A DNA stretch of 64,000 bases, from the NCBI GenBank assembly GCA_002633005.1, contig NMRA01000882.1, forward strand, positions 46,564-110,563, given 5' to 3'. A model generated the notes under the pieces. That model saw only the letters and a list, made by a program, of their open reading frames with translations. It was not told the DNA's origin and did no database searches. Numbering within the stretch: the first letter of the stretch is position 1; the number at the start of each line of letters is the position of its first letter. This DNA comes from Phoronis australis (lineage: Eukaryota; Animalia; Phoronida). Shown one piece after another: positions 1-14,830 of the stretch. Made by a program: the position numbers and the translations under genes.

Positions 1-1489
1 TTAGTTTGGCGCGCAGTCCGAACAATGTAAACGCTCAAAAATTCATACTTTAATGACATTCAACGAGCAATAAAATTACTGTGATTGAAAATGGTTAGAA
101 TACATAAACTAACATCCACTTACAATAGAATGAGAAAGAAAATGTGTATTTTATTCAATATTAAAATTCATCATGGTTTTGTTTCATGTTTGAGTTCTTA
201 ACACGGCAATTATCGTTCCTTATAGCAGTTCATACCTCCACGGACTGCATAATTTGAATGATTGCCCCTGGGGGTTTAGAGGGGAATTCCCCCCAGGTGC
301 CAGCTAAGGGGGTACCTGGCAAAAACCGGCAGGTAGGCACCAAATGGGGGGTTGACCCCTCCCAGGGGGTGTTACATGGGAGGAGTGCTAAACGGGTAAA
401 AACCAATGGGTAAGTATACCACATGGGTGTGGAGCCCCTCCCATCGTCACACATTTTGGTTGCTCCCCTGACCCGGCCATTGACAAACATGTTGCTCCCA
501 GCTCACTGCCGGTTTCATCTCCACCCAACAATATCGCATGTGTTCTCTATTCAATGCATGAGTCTACTGGCAATGCAGACAATTGTTTTGTGCAGTGGGT
601 GTTACACAAGTGAGAAGAAGAAAGCAAGGCAATTCATCACTACCACAAAATCGTAATGCAATTTTAGAACATTCCATTATTTCTTAGACATTCCAGTATA
701 GGGCTCAATCCCACTCTCCCAATCACCAACAGTTACAAGTCACTTGCTAATCTGTAGAATAGCTCACAACTTACAAAATGAAGTAACATTGAGTATATCA
801 TCACCCATAACTAGTCAAAGTTCAAAATATCATGACAAAAATTTAAGAGGTACTAAACAGCAATCAAAATATTCACTACCCACATAACTTCATACAAAAT
901 TGAATTAAAAAGACTTGGATGATAAAACCAAAATTTTATTTTATATGCCCACTGTTCCTATTAGTAAATATTTCAGGTAAGTTAAAGCCAGACCACAATA
1001 TCATATCTGATACCTAGCCTTAAATTAATCACAATCTCCAAAAACATACAAAACAGGCAACACATACAGCAACCAATACAACAAGAAAATCTGACCAACC
1101 TTGTCACTTTCTATTAATTCACTAGCAAACAACAACACTTTTCGCCAAAGAAATGCGTTCTAAATAAAGCTGAAAACTAATTTACTCACAGAGGTCTTTG
1201 TCATCGAGAATGATACGGATAGCTTGGGTTTAACAAAATTTCCGCCTACCACTCAGACTCTGAATGATCCATCAGTTTCACTTTGGCTCTCTCAAAATCA
1301 CAGGCTAACCATTCATAAAATGTTTCAATCTGATCAACCTTAGTAAAATACGAAAACCAGATTTTGCGGACTAATTGTCCTTTCTACACGTGATGTTCCA
1401 GTACTTGCTTTGTGAGACGATAATCAGAAATGCAAAAAAGCCTATTCCAGAGCTGTAATATAATTTCTGGAGAGCTTTTTGACCCTGAC

Positions 1490-2462
1490 ATCTTCATTGT
1501 TGGTGGATTGGGGACATCAAATATTGTTTGGGCACTGCAGTCAATACCAGCTTGTTCTTCATTCATGAACGTGGACTCTTCGAAGTGATGAGAACATAAC
1601 TTGCGGTTCTTGGACAAATAGGCTGCATCTCTATTCATAAGGTCAGCTCCCAGCGCTTGCACCTGAACAGAAATCAAAGACTGAGAGACTCAGGAACAAA
1701 GCTCATACTCACTATGTTCACAGAAGACTGGTAGCCTACACTGAAGTACACTGCACTACAGAATTCCTGTCGCACTATGATTGTGATAGAGACAAATGCG
1801 TTTTGGTGTCAACTGAAAAAACTCGGACTCAAATGTTGATCCACGGATATTTTAACAGGGCCGCGCCCCCGCATCATTGACACATAGAATTAAGTTTTCA
1901 ATGACGCACTGCTTAACTTAATTGGTCCAACTGGCACATTAAAACTATGTTCGGATTTTTCACCTTTTCACCGAGAACCACAGATTCGCTAACTTGACTC
2001 ATGACAGACTTAGTGGCCCTGTGGCTGTGATTGTGCCATGGCTGTCATGTCACCAGTCATATTACTCATGGCCATCATGGGCATGGGTATGTTTTCCTAA
2101 AATTGTCCCTGCTATCGTACGGGTGACATTTGAATTTGGAATTGATGGACTGCAAGTATTCAAAAAGCTGACGATCACATCGTACGTTCATCATAGTCCA
2201 TCCGCCGGCAGCCCGGTTGTACAGTAGGCATAGCCTACACTGCAGACAACAGAACAGTGTCAGCGGCAACGGGACTGTGATCGACTTGTCTAGACACAAC
2301 CGTGAACAGAACACAAAAATTGAAAGCCAATGTATCATTTTATTGAATAACAGATAACCCTTACCTTTCGGGATCCTTAGGAAACCTAAAAAATGACACG
2401 TCTGGAGTTTTCGTGGATGAATTCATGAAATTTATCGCACTGCAAAATGCGTCCTTCCCCAT
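1490..2462 (-). pseudogene. Spliced THAP zinc-finger remnant (THAP12/PRKRIR-like N-terminus), probably from a DNA transposon
   Basis: Exon 1 (2462-2365) reads MGKDAFCSAINFMNSSTKTPDVSFFRFPKDPE(R) and ends at a GTAAG donor. Exon 2 starts after ttctgttcag at 1662: (R)CKRW, then a frameshift, ADLMNRDAAYLSKNRKLCSHHFEESTFMN...TIFDVPNPP. THAP hallmarks FxFP, W and CxxHF are present, but the second Cys is replaced by Phe and exon 2 is frameshifted. Confidence 0.75.
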
Positions 2463-4528
2463 TGTTTTGGCGCTTCCTGGTTGAGAGTTGCTTGTTCACC
2501 ACTTGGCGGCGCTAGTAGTAGCGGTAACAGCGATCTCGCAAGTGAACTCTCCTATACTACTACACTCCTTGCTGACATATACATGTAGATATAAAGCACA
2601 TATTCCGTGATAAAGGAGCAAACTCAAATCACGCGATAATGGAACCCACACGGAATGGGTATTACATTGAAGTTTTAAATTACGAAAAACTAACGACTGA
2701 CAACGTAATCAGCATAAGAAACATTTTTTAAAATTTTCACTGAATTTTTTACTGACTATTTCATCTTAAGAAATTGAACACAGATTGAAGATACAATTTC
2801 TGCCACATCATCGATAACATTATATGCAGTCAGGTTCAACACGTCATTTGGTTAGGAAAACTTTTCGCGGAATTGTTTTCCGACAAGATATTTTCAATCG
2901 TTCGAGTGGCAAAATTTAGAGGAAAACAGCTGGAGGGTGTTTTCACTCATAGTTATCTATGTTTGCTTCTTTAACGAGGATGATGACAGTCATATGGCAG
3001 GTTATCATTAGAAGAGTCGTGAGTAATCTTTAATGAATATATTCTTCCATTTGACAATAGTTACTGGAAAGTACGTGACGGATAAAGAGCACTATTCCAG
3101 CTTTCACGTCGTGAACTACACTTGTAACTACTTCGTTAAACTCCTGAAATGGTATGTCATTGAACAGTAGACCTTCATGTACAGGTACATATTTTGCTTT
3201 TTTATATTTTTATCTATTTGGAAATATGTCATTTGAACCTCACCGTTAAGCGCGTGGATCAAAATTCAAATCCTTATCAACCTATTGCGACTTGTTTCGG
3301 GACATTTGAGATATGTCTTATAAGAGGAATTTATTCCGAAAAGATTGAGGTCAGCATAAATGTAAACTCTGAAAAGTTCACACACAGTTTTCAGATTTTT
3401 TCCCGCTTTTGCTGCAATGGATCTGCCTACATCGGTCGAATTGTAATTGTTTTAAACATCACTGGTCGTGTGCGTTATTTGTTGTTGCGGACCCTAGAGG
3501 CTGTCGACGACATGAAGGGCAAAATTAAAAGCATTCCATGCCATATTGATAAAAACAAACTTTTAATGATTGGTTTTCCTGACTAGGCGAATGGCGACAA
3601 CATTGTAATCATTGATTATCTTAACTTGCCTTTTTTCCAATCGTATAATAAATTTAATACGTATTACTCCGTCATGATTTCAACATATGAGTGTTTTGTA
3701 ATATATTAAAGTGGACTACAAACAAGTATATTCGTAATATATTTATAATTTGCTTAGCTAATGTACACATTATCACCGTCTCCATCGTTTCTACGATAAT
3801 TTCTGTTAATTTGTTGCTCAAAAATAATTTTAATTCGAATTTGGGGTTCTAATTTGATCGAATGTACTTGTCTAAACTCATGGAAAAAATGGTTTACCAT
3901 GTTCAATATAATATTTTTCATGGTGCTTAACAGTCTGGGGGTATGACAAAAATCTTTGGTAACGGTAGGATCAGTTTTACTACATACAACATGTGTACAA
4001 CCAAACAAAGCGAACATAAACATCTTAAACACTAGCCTCACAACAAAACTGTGTCAGTATTACAATTCAGGGCTAGGCGACTGCTACTTGGACCCGTCGC
4101 TAATATAAATAAAAAAATGGCTTATTTAATGACAAAACACCGCGAGAAATAATCAATAATAGCATCGATCAATAAAACGATAACAAATACTGTAATGTAA
4201 AGCATTTGTTTGAATGAAAACCATCCTTTTGTTAGTGCCACCTCACCTCAAGATACAGGTGTGAAGACTATTGCATGCACGTGGAAGCCAACAACAAACA
4301 ACTGTTGGAATCTGAAACTTTGGCTGCAGCCAATGGACCACGAAATGATGTAATCGACTCATCTTCTTACATGCATAAATGTTTAACATGTTAGATTGAT
4401 GGCATATATAACAAATACAATATTAAACAAAGATAGTGGCTTTCAACCTTTAACGCAACAACTGTATAAACACGATGTTTTCAGGGTTACATTGTAGGTT
4501 GAGATCAGCAGATTGGTCATGTACTTAC

Positions 4529-4624
4529 GAACTCGTCCAGTGGCTGGTCGACGTCCCATCTACGTTGTATAAATTGCCATACAGTATCCTGAGGACAGTC
4601 GTCATATTTGATGGCTCTTTCAAT
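4529..4624 (-). CDS. Probable internal coding exon (96 nt) of an unidentified gene: IERAIKYDDCPQDTVWQFIQRRWDVDQPLDEF
   Basis: Strong acceptor ttcttttcag and donor GTAAGT. Length is a multiple of 3 and the phase-0 frame is open, compatible with the exon at 13100-13156. Confidence 0.55.
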
Positions 4625-7209
4625 CTGAAAAGAATGACAATTAAGTATGGATTACACATCACACACTGTACATGTATATGTAATATAATTATGTAGTCCT
4701 AGCAGTTTCAGATTTGCCAGTAACTCGCAAACTACTTGAACTTCCCTGCATTCCTGTTAATAGCTCATGCAGCTGGTACATGTATATGGATTGTTCCTTA
4801 ACAGTGAAAAACGTAGACATAATTTTAGGCACATTAAGCCATTTTGCCGGTGTAGAAACTTCCATTCATTTTCCCCAAACCTTAATTGACTGCACAGGAA
4901 GCGAAAAGTACTGGGATTTTCCAGACGCTCGAACTATACAGCGATATTCACCACGCCAAGTACATCCGAATTTCCTGAAATAGTTGATAATCTCAAATTT
5001 TTGCGTAACAGGTACAGTCGAGAAAAGAAAGACTGCGAAATACGGATAACAGACAAAATTCAAGAGAACATTTAACAACTCTGCAGCACTGCATGGTTTA
5101 CCTTTTGAGAAAATAGCCAATACATTGTCGTTAGGGTTTCCACTTTTGCATCACAGGTCGTCTAAACGCACTTGAAAACGTTTACGAAATCAATCATACA
5201 TATATTTCGAAAAATGGAGAAAGATTATTAACCTAAGCTTTTGCGGAGTGTACTAACTTACTGGATTCTTAAATTCAATCAGTCAATTTTGCGAATGCAA
5301 AACTATAATTTTCCAGATGCCACTCTCTGGCAAACCTGGGGGATAACTGAGACCACTTTCTCGAAACTATATATTACTTGAGAAAAATTGATGACTTCAG
5401 AGATAACATCATTGCTGCCCATTTCCCGATATTTGAAAATATAGATGTTTTCTTATTTAGGAACCCCGCCCTTTAAGGAGGTTATTGATGACATTCAAGT
5501 GGCCACCCTTTTTGTGTTTTTATTGACAAATTCTTAAGGGGCCACTCATGGAAAGAGGGACCAATGTTGGAATCGATTTTTCTTTTTTTTGTGAAATCAT
5601 GCAACCGGCTTTCATGTTGAAGGAGGTCACTCCCTGCACTGTCACTCTTTTTCTGATGTTTAGCCTTTCATCTTTTAAGAGGTGTCAAATTTCAGACAGT
5701 ACCCTCTCTCGGTGGAGCAGTCTGGGGGAATGTCTCTATGTCTCTCTATACATGTTAAATCTGACATTGCCATGTATGCGCGATGGAATTTAAGATTCCA
5801 AATTCACCAAAAAATAAACAAAAATTGGGAACAGCACAGCCATTTGACCCGAAAAACCAAAACTGTGAAAAATACAGTAGGATTGCCACCATCGAAAGGG
5901 TGGAATTTTGAGAAACGTGAAGACCACTATTTTTGAATTACACAAAAGGACTTTTTCCGATGGTTAGTTAAAAATAGTGTTACTGTTTAACTTAGAATCA
6001 CAAGAATAGTATCTTTTTCGAAGATGGTTACTATGAGTTCTTTGTAAGGAATTCCAACATGTGGAAAACACTGCTGTCTAAACTACTATTTCCGATGACT
6101 GTGTACATGTCAAAAGGTGTACTCAAAGAACTTTTGCAATCATAAACAAAGATTTCAGCGTTTTCTTTTTTGTCAATAGAGATCGAGTTTACCTCGTGGA
6201 CAGTTATAGGTACCTCTGATCGAAATGAGAAAAATACACCTTAATACGAATGCCACGTCTCCCATAACCCCCAGTTACCCGTCATATGTCTGCAAGCGTG
6301 CTTGCGGAAATCGATTATAGCATTTCGTTTTGATACACAAATTCTTTCATTTCTGATTTATTTGTTCATGTAGTACGAAAATCGATAGATTCATAGATGG
6401 TTTTTGCCAATTAGACGCTAATCCTGTAAGAATTGATGGTGATTCAGTGAATTTAATTGCACCTTGAAGTTGGAAAAACTCTATCATAAGATCCCTAAAT
6501 AGTAATGTACACTTATAGACGATTTTTGAATAAATAAGATTAAACTCGTTGCTTGGAAAGGTTGTCTTTGCACTTACTCGGTGCTCTGAGCTTCCAGTAG
6601 TATTGAGCAATGAATTTCTGTTCAAAAGTGAATTGATTGCTTGTCCTGATTCGCGTGCACGCCATGTCTTGCGTATCTACGTTAAAAATAAGATGTAAAA
6701 CTGCAGTAGGCTAGCGCAGAGTCTCAATGATCCAAGAGAACTGAATTTGAACTCCAGGCGTTCAAGAAGTGTGTCTATTTTTTAAACAAACTATCATTTT
6801 CCCCAATCACCAGAAAATGGACTACCGGTCGTGTTCAAACGATAGCTTTTGAAACAGCCCCAAGGAGACGACTTTACCAAGGACTTCGGGGCCTCACCTA
6901 TTCAAAATACTCCTGAAAGAGTGACCAAAAGGAAATAAAGTTTTCCTGAAACTGGATCACAATGAAACGAATCTTGACCTTAAAGCGAGCGCAGATGGCC
7001 GGTGTGAGCTGCCTGTCTCAAGTGAATCACAGCTTAGCTGACCAGCAACTAGCTTTTGTTCATCGGGATTTTTGTATTTTCACATTGTTAGATCTCGGCT
7101 ATACTGTAGCTAATTGAGGCAGCTAATCACTACCGGTCAGTTTACTGGTCCTCGGCCCCGTTGCTTCACGGCTACTCAACTCTTGATGGCTTCATCAGTG
7201 GGACTGTTC

Positions 7210-7389
7210 CAGAAGCGGATTCAGGATTTTGTGTTGGGTGAGGGGGTATTTGCCAGGGTTTTACCCATCAGAAATTCGCATCCCACAACTGCCAACTGGA
7301 ATCTGGAAGAATTTTAGGGAGTCCACACTGGAATCTGGGAGAATTTTAGGGGGGCAATAGCCCCTTGGCCACTCCTAAATAAGTGCCTG
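7210..7389. mobile_element. MITE of the CAGTGGCGGAT/CAGGGGCGGATCC family (decayed)
   Basis: cagaagcggattcaggattttg...ctaaataagtgcctg. The interior (ctgggagaattttagggggg...atagcccc) matches the copy at 17649-17793. Confidence 0.6.
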
Positions 7390-10300
7390 TGCCTCCAACC
7401 TAGGGCGGACCTGCGAGATTCGGTAAAATGTGGTGGTATTGTGAGCATGGTGGCGATGGGGGTGTGGTCGTTTGACAAAGTCGAAATGGTTTGCGCCCCA
7501 CCCCCAATAATTTTTACCTTCCTAAGGGCCTGTATTCTGATTATATGTAATATCTTGGACGGAGGTACCGAAGGTGGCGTGGTTGATGAAGTTTGCGAAC
7601 ATGGGAAGAAAATAAACTGACTAAGAGTTCGAAAATAATATTTCGAAGTAAATCCATCACCTAAGAAAATAATTCGTTACTTGTTCTAACATAATTCACA
7701 ATACCAAAACCACCGTTTCCGAGACCGCTGTTGCAGTCATTGTGATCGTCAATCTTCACCTCAAATAGTTCGAACATGTGACATTCATATTAATACTTCG
7801 TACGCTCGATTTTGTCTCTATTAATTAGGACGCTAAGATCTCAAGCTAAAATAGTTCGTACAGTAGAAAGAACACTGCAATGCATATTACATTGAACCAC
7901 TCCTCTTACATGTATGATACGGGTAATGTTAGTGGGAGATGTTTTTGCTCTGTTGAAATATTTTCAACGGGACAAAAGTCAAAAGATGGACATTTTTAAT
8001 CCACACTTCTTCTTGTATAACATTTTCTTCCCATTGCAATAACAGTGCCACGTGACCAAGAAAACCTTTAGGGATTATGGCACCGATAGGTGGAACGGTT
8101 AAGATGCGGCTGTATGAAGATTTCTGTGGCTTAAATTAAAGTTAATTTTTAGCTTATAGTGACCTTCCTTAGCTAAAATAGCTGCTTTGATTGATAATGA
8201 ATAGCCTTGAAATTTACTAAATCAGTGAATAATTGTGAATGCATCAAGACCCCTCATCATCAATATACCAGTGCATTGTATGCCAACAGTCACTCACGCG
8301 GTACTCCACTGTCAACAAAATGCTGGTAAAATTGTAGCGTCTCCTGAGTGAGACAAAGGGCGGGTTATTGTTATGCTCTACCAAAAACAATGTCAACTAA
8401 TTGTTCAAAAGTCCTTGATGTCCAGAGCACACACTAACAGTCTGGTCAACATCAAATCAAGAAATACTGTTGGTATGAGTCCTAGTGTTTCTGTCCCAAA
8501 AATCACAACAGCTTCAGATATAAAGGAGAAAGCACAAAACATTCATCACCCTAGGAATACTAGAAGCATGAGTTTAAAGAGACTAAATTGTTTAACTAAT
8601 AAAACAAAGCGACCATTTTACTCCAACTTTTGTAAAACCCAGTATTAGCAATGTCCTTCCCTCCCTAAATATAAGTGCAAAAAGTATACAGATTTTTTAA
8701 CGATTCTTCCCAAAACGCGTAAATTAATCCTGGATCAGTGAATCATGAATGTTCCATTTTTCACAGTTCACTGCGAAAATTTTAGGTTGGTTTTACTGTG
8801 ATTAAGAAAAAAGGCAAGTTGGGTTTTAACCAATTTTCCAATTTTGGGTTACCTCAGTGTCGCCAATAAATATTATCCATGACCTTGAGAATATCAACTC
8901 TTGCCTGAGGATAATCTAGTATGTATAGTTGCAGCAATCTAGTTCATAGTTTTGAACCAAATTCCACTTTCCACAAATAACTACTATCTCTGAAATAAAT
9001 TCCGAAATAATGTTACAGGGTACAGCTTCTATATTGCCGTAAAAATAATGTTACAGGGTAGAGTATCTATATCGGGGTAAAAAGCTGAAGTGCATTATCC
9101 GGCCTATGAAAATTGATTAAATTCACAAGAATGTTTTCTCAGCGAATGCTTTTTTCTCAGTGAATATTTCAATATCTATAAAATTCACTGCAAGGGTCTC
9201 ATTTCTCTGACTTAATTTCATAGTCAACATCATTGTTCATTAAAACTCTCTAGAAAAAGAAGTGACACAACTCAAAAATGACCCAAGACCCCGCTGACTA
9301 GAAATTAATTTAAAATCCCTTTCAACAAAATGAGTACCCTGCATATAATATTGCTTACTACTAATATACAATATGTTAACCATTGTAAAAATGAATAGAT
9401 AATTTACACTTTTGACCTTTGGCATCCACACTTCACACACGTCAGCATACAAATACATAAACAAAACGAAAGGTATAGTTGATAACAAATACTACATATA
9501 GAGACTAGTTCAAATTTTCTATAGTCTAAGCTAATTTTTGATTACAAATCATGAACTAACAAATTTCACCTTGTTTTCAAACATATTTCACATGTGGAGT
9601 AAACCAAGTAGCTCTAGTAAAATACTCCAAAACTCAAATCCTACAAGCTTAAAGGTATACCGAAAGCATGTTAGTTACGAATTACCATGTCTTGAACCAG
9701 AATGGATCACAAAACTAGCAGAACACAAAATGAGAAAATGAAAGAATAAAGTTCATTTTAATCGTGGTGTCAAATACTACTTGCATGGGCTTTGAACACT
9801 CAGCATTAGGGATGGATTTGTATCTCAAAAGAAAATCTTTGTTACATTCAAATCTATTGTGATACATGCTAACAAACACTATTACCAAGAGGGCACTTGG
9901 TATGACAACGTTAGTTAATGGCAGTTTACCATGCAAAAATTGTCTTCATTTGGTTTATTCGATTTTGACTCGTTGCCTCGGCGGTATCTGTATACCTGAG
10001 CAGTGTACTCGATCTTATTTTAGACGTTAGCGACATAGTTCGCACTGGTAGACGATTTTTGACGTTATTCAATTATCTAATTTAATGCAATTCACAGCCA
10101 GGACACAAACATGGTTCTTGTATTTTTAGTTCAGCATCCATCAATACATGTAGGTAGAGCTGGTGGTTAACCGGAGTGGGCCACGAGTTGGGTACATTTT
10201 AGGAGGCAACAGTTAGAGGAGCTGGTTTGAGAATGCGGAATGTTCGCTCAAGATATACAACGGACTGCTTCATATGTAATATTCTCGATGAAGCTTTCGC

Positions 10301-11484
10301 TCGCCATATCACATTTGCCACGTTGTTTTCGTCAGCCAGGATCGTGAACTCTCTCTCACTAGTTCGAAACCTTTTTGTAGTTGAAATTATACTTACTTCC
10401 TTGTTTCATAACAGTTACATTGTTTCCAGTGCACTGATGTGCGTAACAACATCAACATCATCCAAATGTTAATTCACTGCAAGCTTTCAATCGCTGTAAA
10501 AAATCCTCGGTGCATACGTTGATAGGCCTACGTGTCGCCACGTTTCATCAGAACTCACAATTACAAAACATTTGATTAGAACCCGTGACCTTATTTATTT
10601 ACAACCTGAAAGTAAACATGACATGTTCCCAAATGTAGAACAATATGTAGGTAAACTAAAAGCAAAACACCCAGCTCACTCTGCGTCATCTAAGTGCTGT
10701 CTATAATTTATGTCTCCATCACCACAACTTTAAAAGGTTTAAGCTTTTATTAGAAATTGGCAATCACAAAAGGTGTATTCTCAACAGTGTGCATCGCATG
10801 TACCAAAAATAACAAATGGTGTTTCATTAGTCTGTACACGAAAACTGTAAAGATGTAATCCGCACAACGTCACGGATTATTTAGCGAAAGAACACGCATG
10901 ACAGAGGGAAATTTTGTTTTCATGCTAGCTATAGGATATGCCGATTGAAACTGACACGAAACACACTATCCGGTAAATCACAATCAAGGTCCATATTCGA
11001 GAGTCGACTCTGTTACCAATGTCAACTGAACCTCAAATGCAAAGAGTTATTTAGTTGCGCAAGTTAAAAATAATCATCAAACTTGGATAGTGTTTGGGAA
11101 ACTTATGCATGTTTTTGTCAGTGAATTTCGTTTATATTTAGCTTACGAGTGGCCATTTTAAAAAGTTAAATTTCCAACTGTCAACAGTGGAAAATAAAGT
11201 AAGCATTTGTTTTGACATGACTGCAAATAACTCGATTCACATTCAGAATCACTTAGATGAAGTTGTGCTCAATCATTGGGATATGGTGGGGTTCATCATA
11301 AAACAGACACTAGTCAGGAGATTGTAAATTCTGTGTTGCTAATCCTCATCTACTGTAAAGAAGGCTATAGAGAACTGCAGAATATGTTACTTAGGCAACA
11401 CAACAAACAATTCAATATCTAAACAAACCATTTAAAACTTGGATATTGACTAGGTTCTGCTATGTTGAGAAGGAGCCGAAAATG

Positions 11485-12022
11485 TAGGGTAGATACACTG
11501 AATTCAATAACAAAAACGATGATTGCAAATGAAATTATTGCATTTTTAATAACAAAATGGTGCTTATTATCATCAAAGAAAAGTAAATGCCCCTACAACA
11601 TTATGTTACCATATGATGCAGAAACAGTGATGTAGTGTACCGTGTACATACCCCTTTTTATAGTGTACGTACCCCTTTTTGTAGTGTACATGCCCCCATG
11701 TTTACAAAAACCATGAAATTAAAATATTACTTGGTAACTGAGCAACATTCGTCAAAGAAATGTTATTTAAAACGAGTGTTTATCACAAATATATTTGTTT
11801 TGAATCAGATATTAGCGTTTGTGTAGTGTACGCACCACTATATTTTAAGATGTGCCTATTTTCAAAGAATGCACATTATGATGTGCTATGTTTACTTTAA
11901 GTCTGAATAGATTTTGTTAGTTAACTAACTCTCAGTAGATTCTTGGTATTTAATCACAAACCTGACATTCGTTTGTGCAAATAATTTACTGTTCATAAGA
12001 TGAACACAGTGCATTTATCCCA
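11485..12022. mobile_element. Possible old MITE with short TIRs
   Basis: tagggtagatacactg ... cagtgcatttatccc imperfect inverted ends. Internal ~20-bp tandem agtgtac..cccc repeats at 11632-11697. Confidence 0.3.
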
Positions 12023-13099
12023 ATGTCCAAGGGATACCATTCTGCCCACACTGCCCTAGGCCTTACTCATTGTAAAAGAAAACAGTTGGGATATCACCCT
12101 AGTACAGCCCTTTTGTATAGCTCACAGTTGCCACGGATCTTTACACTCCTGAATAAGCCTCACAGTGTTTTTCTTGGCTTGCTGGGGTTAACAAAAGGTG
12201 TTCAGTGACAGAGCTACAGGTATTTGAAAAAGTTGACCTAGTCAGTGTGGTCTTGTTTACAGCATACCAGATTATAGGCACTAGATTTTAGAAGTTTAGG
12301 TTCCACTATTGTGGCATACACCCATGCTTAAATATTTCTTACTCTCGTACGTTTTTAAACTGCAGCCTGGCAGTATGTTTAAGAGATGATTTAGAGGGAT
12401 GAATAGTCCGGGACTACATTTCCCCTAGTTGCCACTCTTATAACTCACCACACCAATTAAACACCCAAGCGTTGGCATCCAAATAAAAATTTTGCAAAAA
12501 TGGGAGAAAAGAAAAAAATTCCAGTGATCAGTATGTGAAATGAATAGGGTGGGGGAAGACTTTTAGGCAGTAGAGGAACAGGGTGGTATGGGTGCTTGGC
12601 CTAACAGCAATGGACGCTTTTTCAGTCGGTGCTACAGCCACTGACTACTACCATAAGCGTAGATAGTGTTCACTGTCTAAAATGATGCATGTATCCATAC
12701 TTGCAGACAGGCAGGCCTACACAATATTCCGAAAAATAGATAGTGGTTTTCTCCATCCCTGCTGAACTCTGACGTTAGAAACTCTTAGTGTGAAGCTGTT
12801 TGGACTGCGTTACGAGAGGATCTAATTGAAAATTTCTTTTTGTCTACGAATATTATTATTCTCATAATATAAAGTGACATGCGTCGGGATCTCAGAAGGT
12901 TTGTAACGTAATATTATTCCCATAAGTTCAAAAACCACTAATTTGCATATATTGTGGACATAACGCACACCGTTAAATAATCAAACTTCGATAAACATTT
13001 TTTTCCCAGCATAAACTATCAAGCGACGGGCGAAGGCCCAAACAGAAACAAAATGTTTTCTGCCTTATGTCTTTATTAATGTACAATTTAAACTCTTAC

Positions 13100-13156
13100 C
13101 GTTTCCAATTCTGCCTCGCTGACAAGTAAATTTCCCAATTTCTTGTTAGAAGCCAT
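13100..13156 (-). CDS. Probable first coding exon: MASNKKLGNLLVSEAELET
   Basis: ATG GCT start, 19 open codons, phase-0 GTAAG donor. A CpG-enriched stretch with GACGTC motifs lies just upstream (13200-13350). Confidence 0.5.
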
Positions 13157-13199
13157 ATCTAAGTCTGGTCCTCAGAATCAGTTGTTCTACAGCCAGTGA

Positions 13200-13350
13200 T
13201 TGTTACGCGTATAAAAATACACTGGTGGATTTTACCAGAAATTTCCGTGAGTCATTGCTAAGTAGGTTATCGACGTCATCAACAAATGGCGGGTTGCGAT
13301 AGGCCAAGTACTTGACCTATATTCTGCAGCTACTGACGTCTCACGGATGG
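13200..13350 (-). promoter_or_regulatory. Putative promoter region of the minus-strand gene
   Basis: Local CpG enrichment and two CRE-like motifs (cgacgtca, tgacgtct) just upstream of the ATG exon. Confidence 0.3.
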
Positions 13351-14830
13351 CGCGATATGTAACTGGTCACCAGAGTTCATGAACCAGGAAATAGATGTCC
13401 CTGGCGAGTGGCCGTTGAAAAGTCTTTGTGTCTGGCGTTGAATCAACTCTTTGTTTAAAAACCCTTTTTGCAATATTTATCAATAATACAAATATGTACA
13501 GCGCTGTACAGTATGAGTGAAGGTGACAGCGGTCAAAATGTCTGAAAACCTTTCGCTTGTTGCTCGTCCTAAGTGCGGGTGTATTCACAGCAGCATGTGA
13601 CAGTCACTATGGTGACCGGCATCTAAGTTAATCAAAGAAGCCGATTTTGCAGTTCAATCGTCTAATTTATCAGCCAACTCATTGTTCAATACTGGCCAAT
13701 TTATCGTTCAACCAATAAACAATATCATTTCACCATGCAAATTCAGCGATATAAGTCTTGCAGTTGTGGCAAACGCGACTGAAGATTAGTGCCCCTATTT
13801 GAAACCTGGTGAATTTCGATATTGGAAATTAATGCTTCATGTCAAAATACATGAAGAGCTTTGATAATTCACGTTTAGCTGTAATCCCCTGTACTGTTGA
13901 GATCAAACTCTCTGTCGGGTGTTCTTCAATGAGAAATTTGTACCAAGCTACGTGTAATTCAGCTTCTGTAGTTAGGCAGAGCTGGGTGTGAAATGAATAT
14001 TCCAACAATGTTGCAAACTTTTAATTAGTGCATGTAAATACTGATATTGTCATTATACCAGTTTGTGAATCGGTTATAAAACCGGTAACTCACCAGCCAT
14101 TCCGAAATCGATATCAAATTACGTCTTACTTGGATTTGTGACAGCTAGGGCGTAGGCAAATTCAGGATTTCAATATGGGGCACTTCAAGTGATTATTTTT
14201 TGAGACGTGGGGTCGAGTTCAATAATGGCATTCTGATAGGAGAGCAATACTTTGAGAGATATTGCAGCGTATTTTCAACTTTATTAGATCACGTACACAA
14301 CGTAAATTCTAATTAGCATGTGTCCCTATGCAAAACACGGAAAACTGGTTATTGATCAATGCAAAAACAAAATAATAACCAAATGAAGATAAGTTTCCTA
14401 CCACCTACCTCACATTTAGGACGCGATGGGCCTTCTCATTTGGACCAATTCTCTTCTTACCAATTCTATAAAAGCAACCCTTTCGACAGTTCATAACAGC
14501 AAAACCAAATTCTAACAATGGAGTTATTTTATCCAAAACCATGGGAAACTTACTGAAGAGAAAAATACGGCATTCACATGATGAGCCATATCCTCGGTGA
14601 ACCGAATGGGCAAGATATGAAGTGCAGTTGTAAAGGAAATTAAGGCAGCTCTCGTTAGAAATGGCTTAGTTAGAATAATGATGATGCCTGTTCAATCTGT
14701 GAGGCAAGAACTTTGCAACTGTGCTAAAAATTATAGGCCATTTAATCCAAAAAAGTTTGTTAAATTGGGTAGTTGACATTATCTAACGATCAGTAAAGCC
14801 GCGATCTGCAATAACAAACGTACATGTAAA

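Noticed and set aside
53-67. Candidate left end for the P-like element (atgacatt|caacgag)
   Set aside because: Similarity to the 2571 terminus stops after 7 nt and is consistent with chance.
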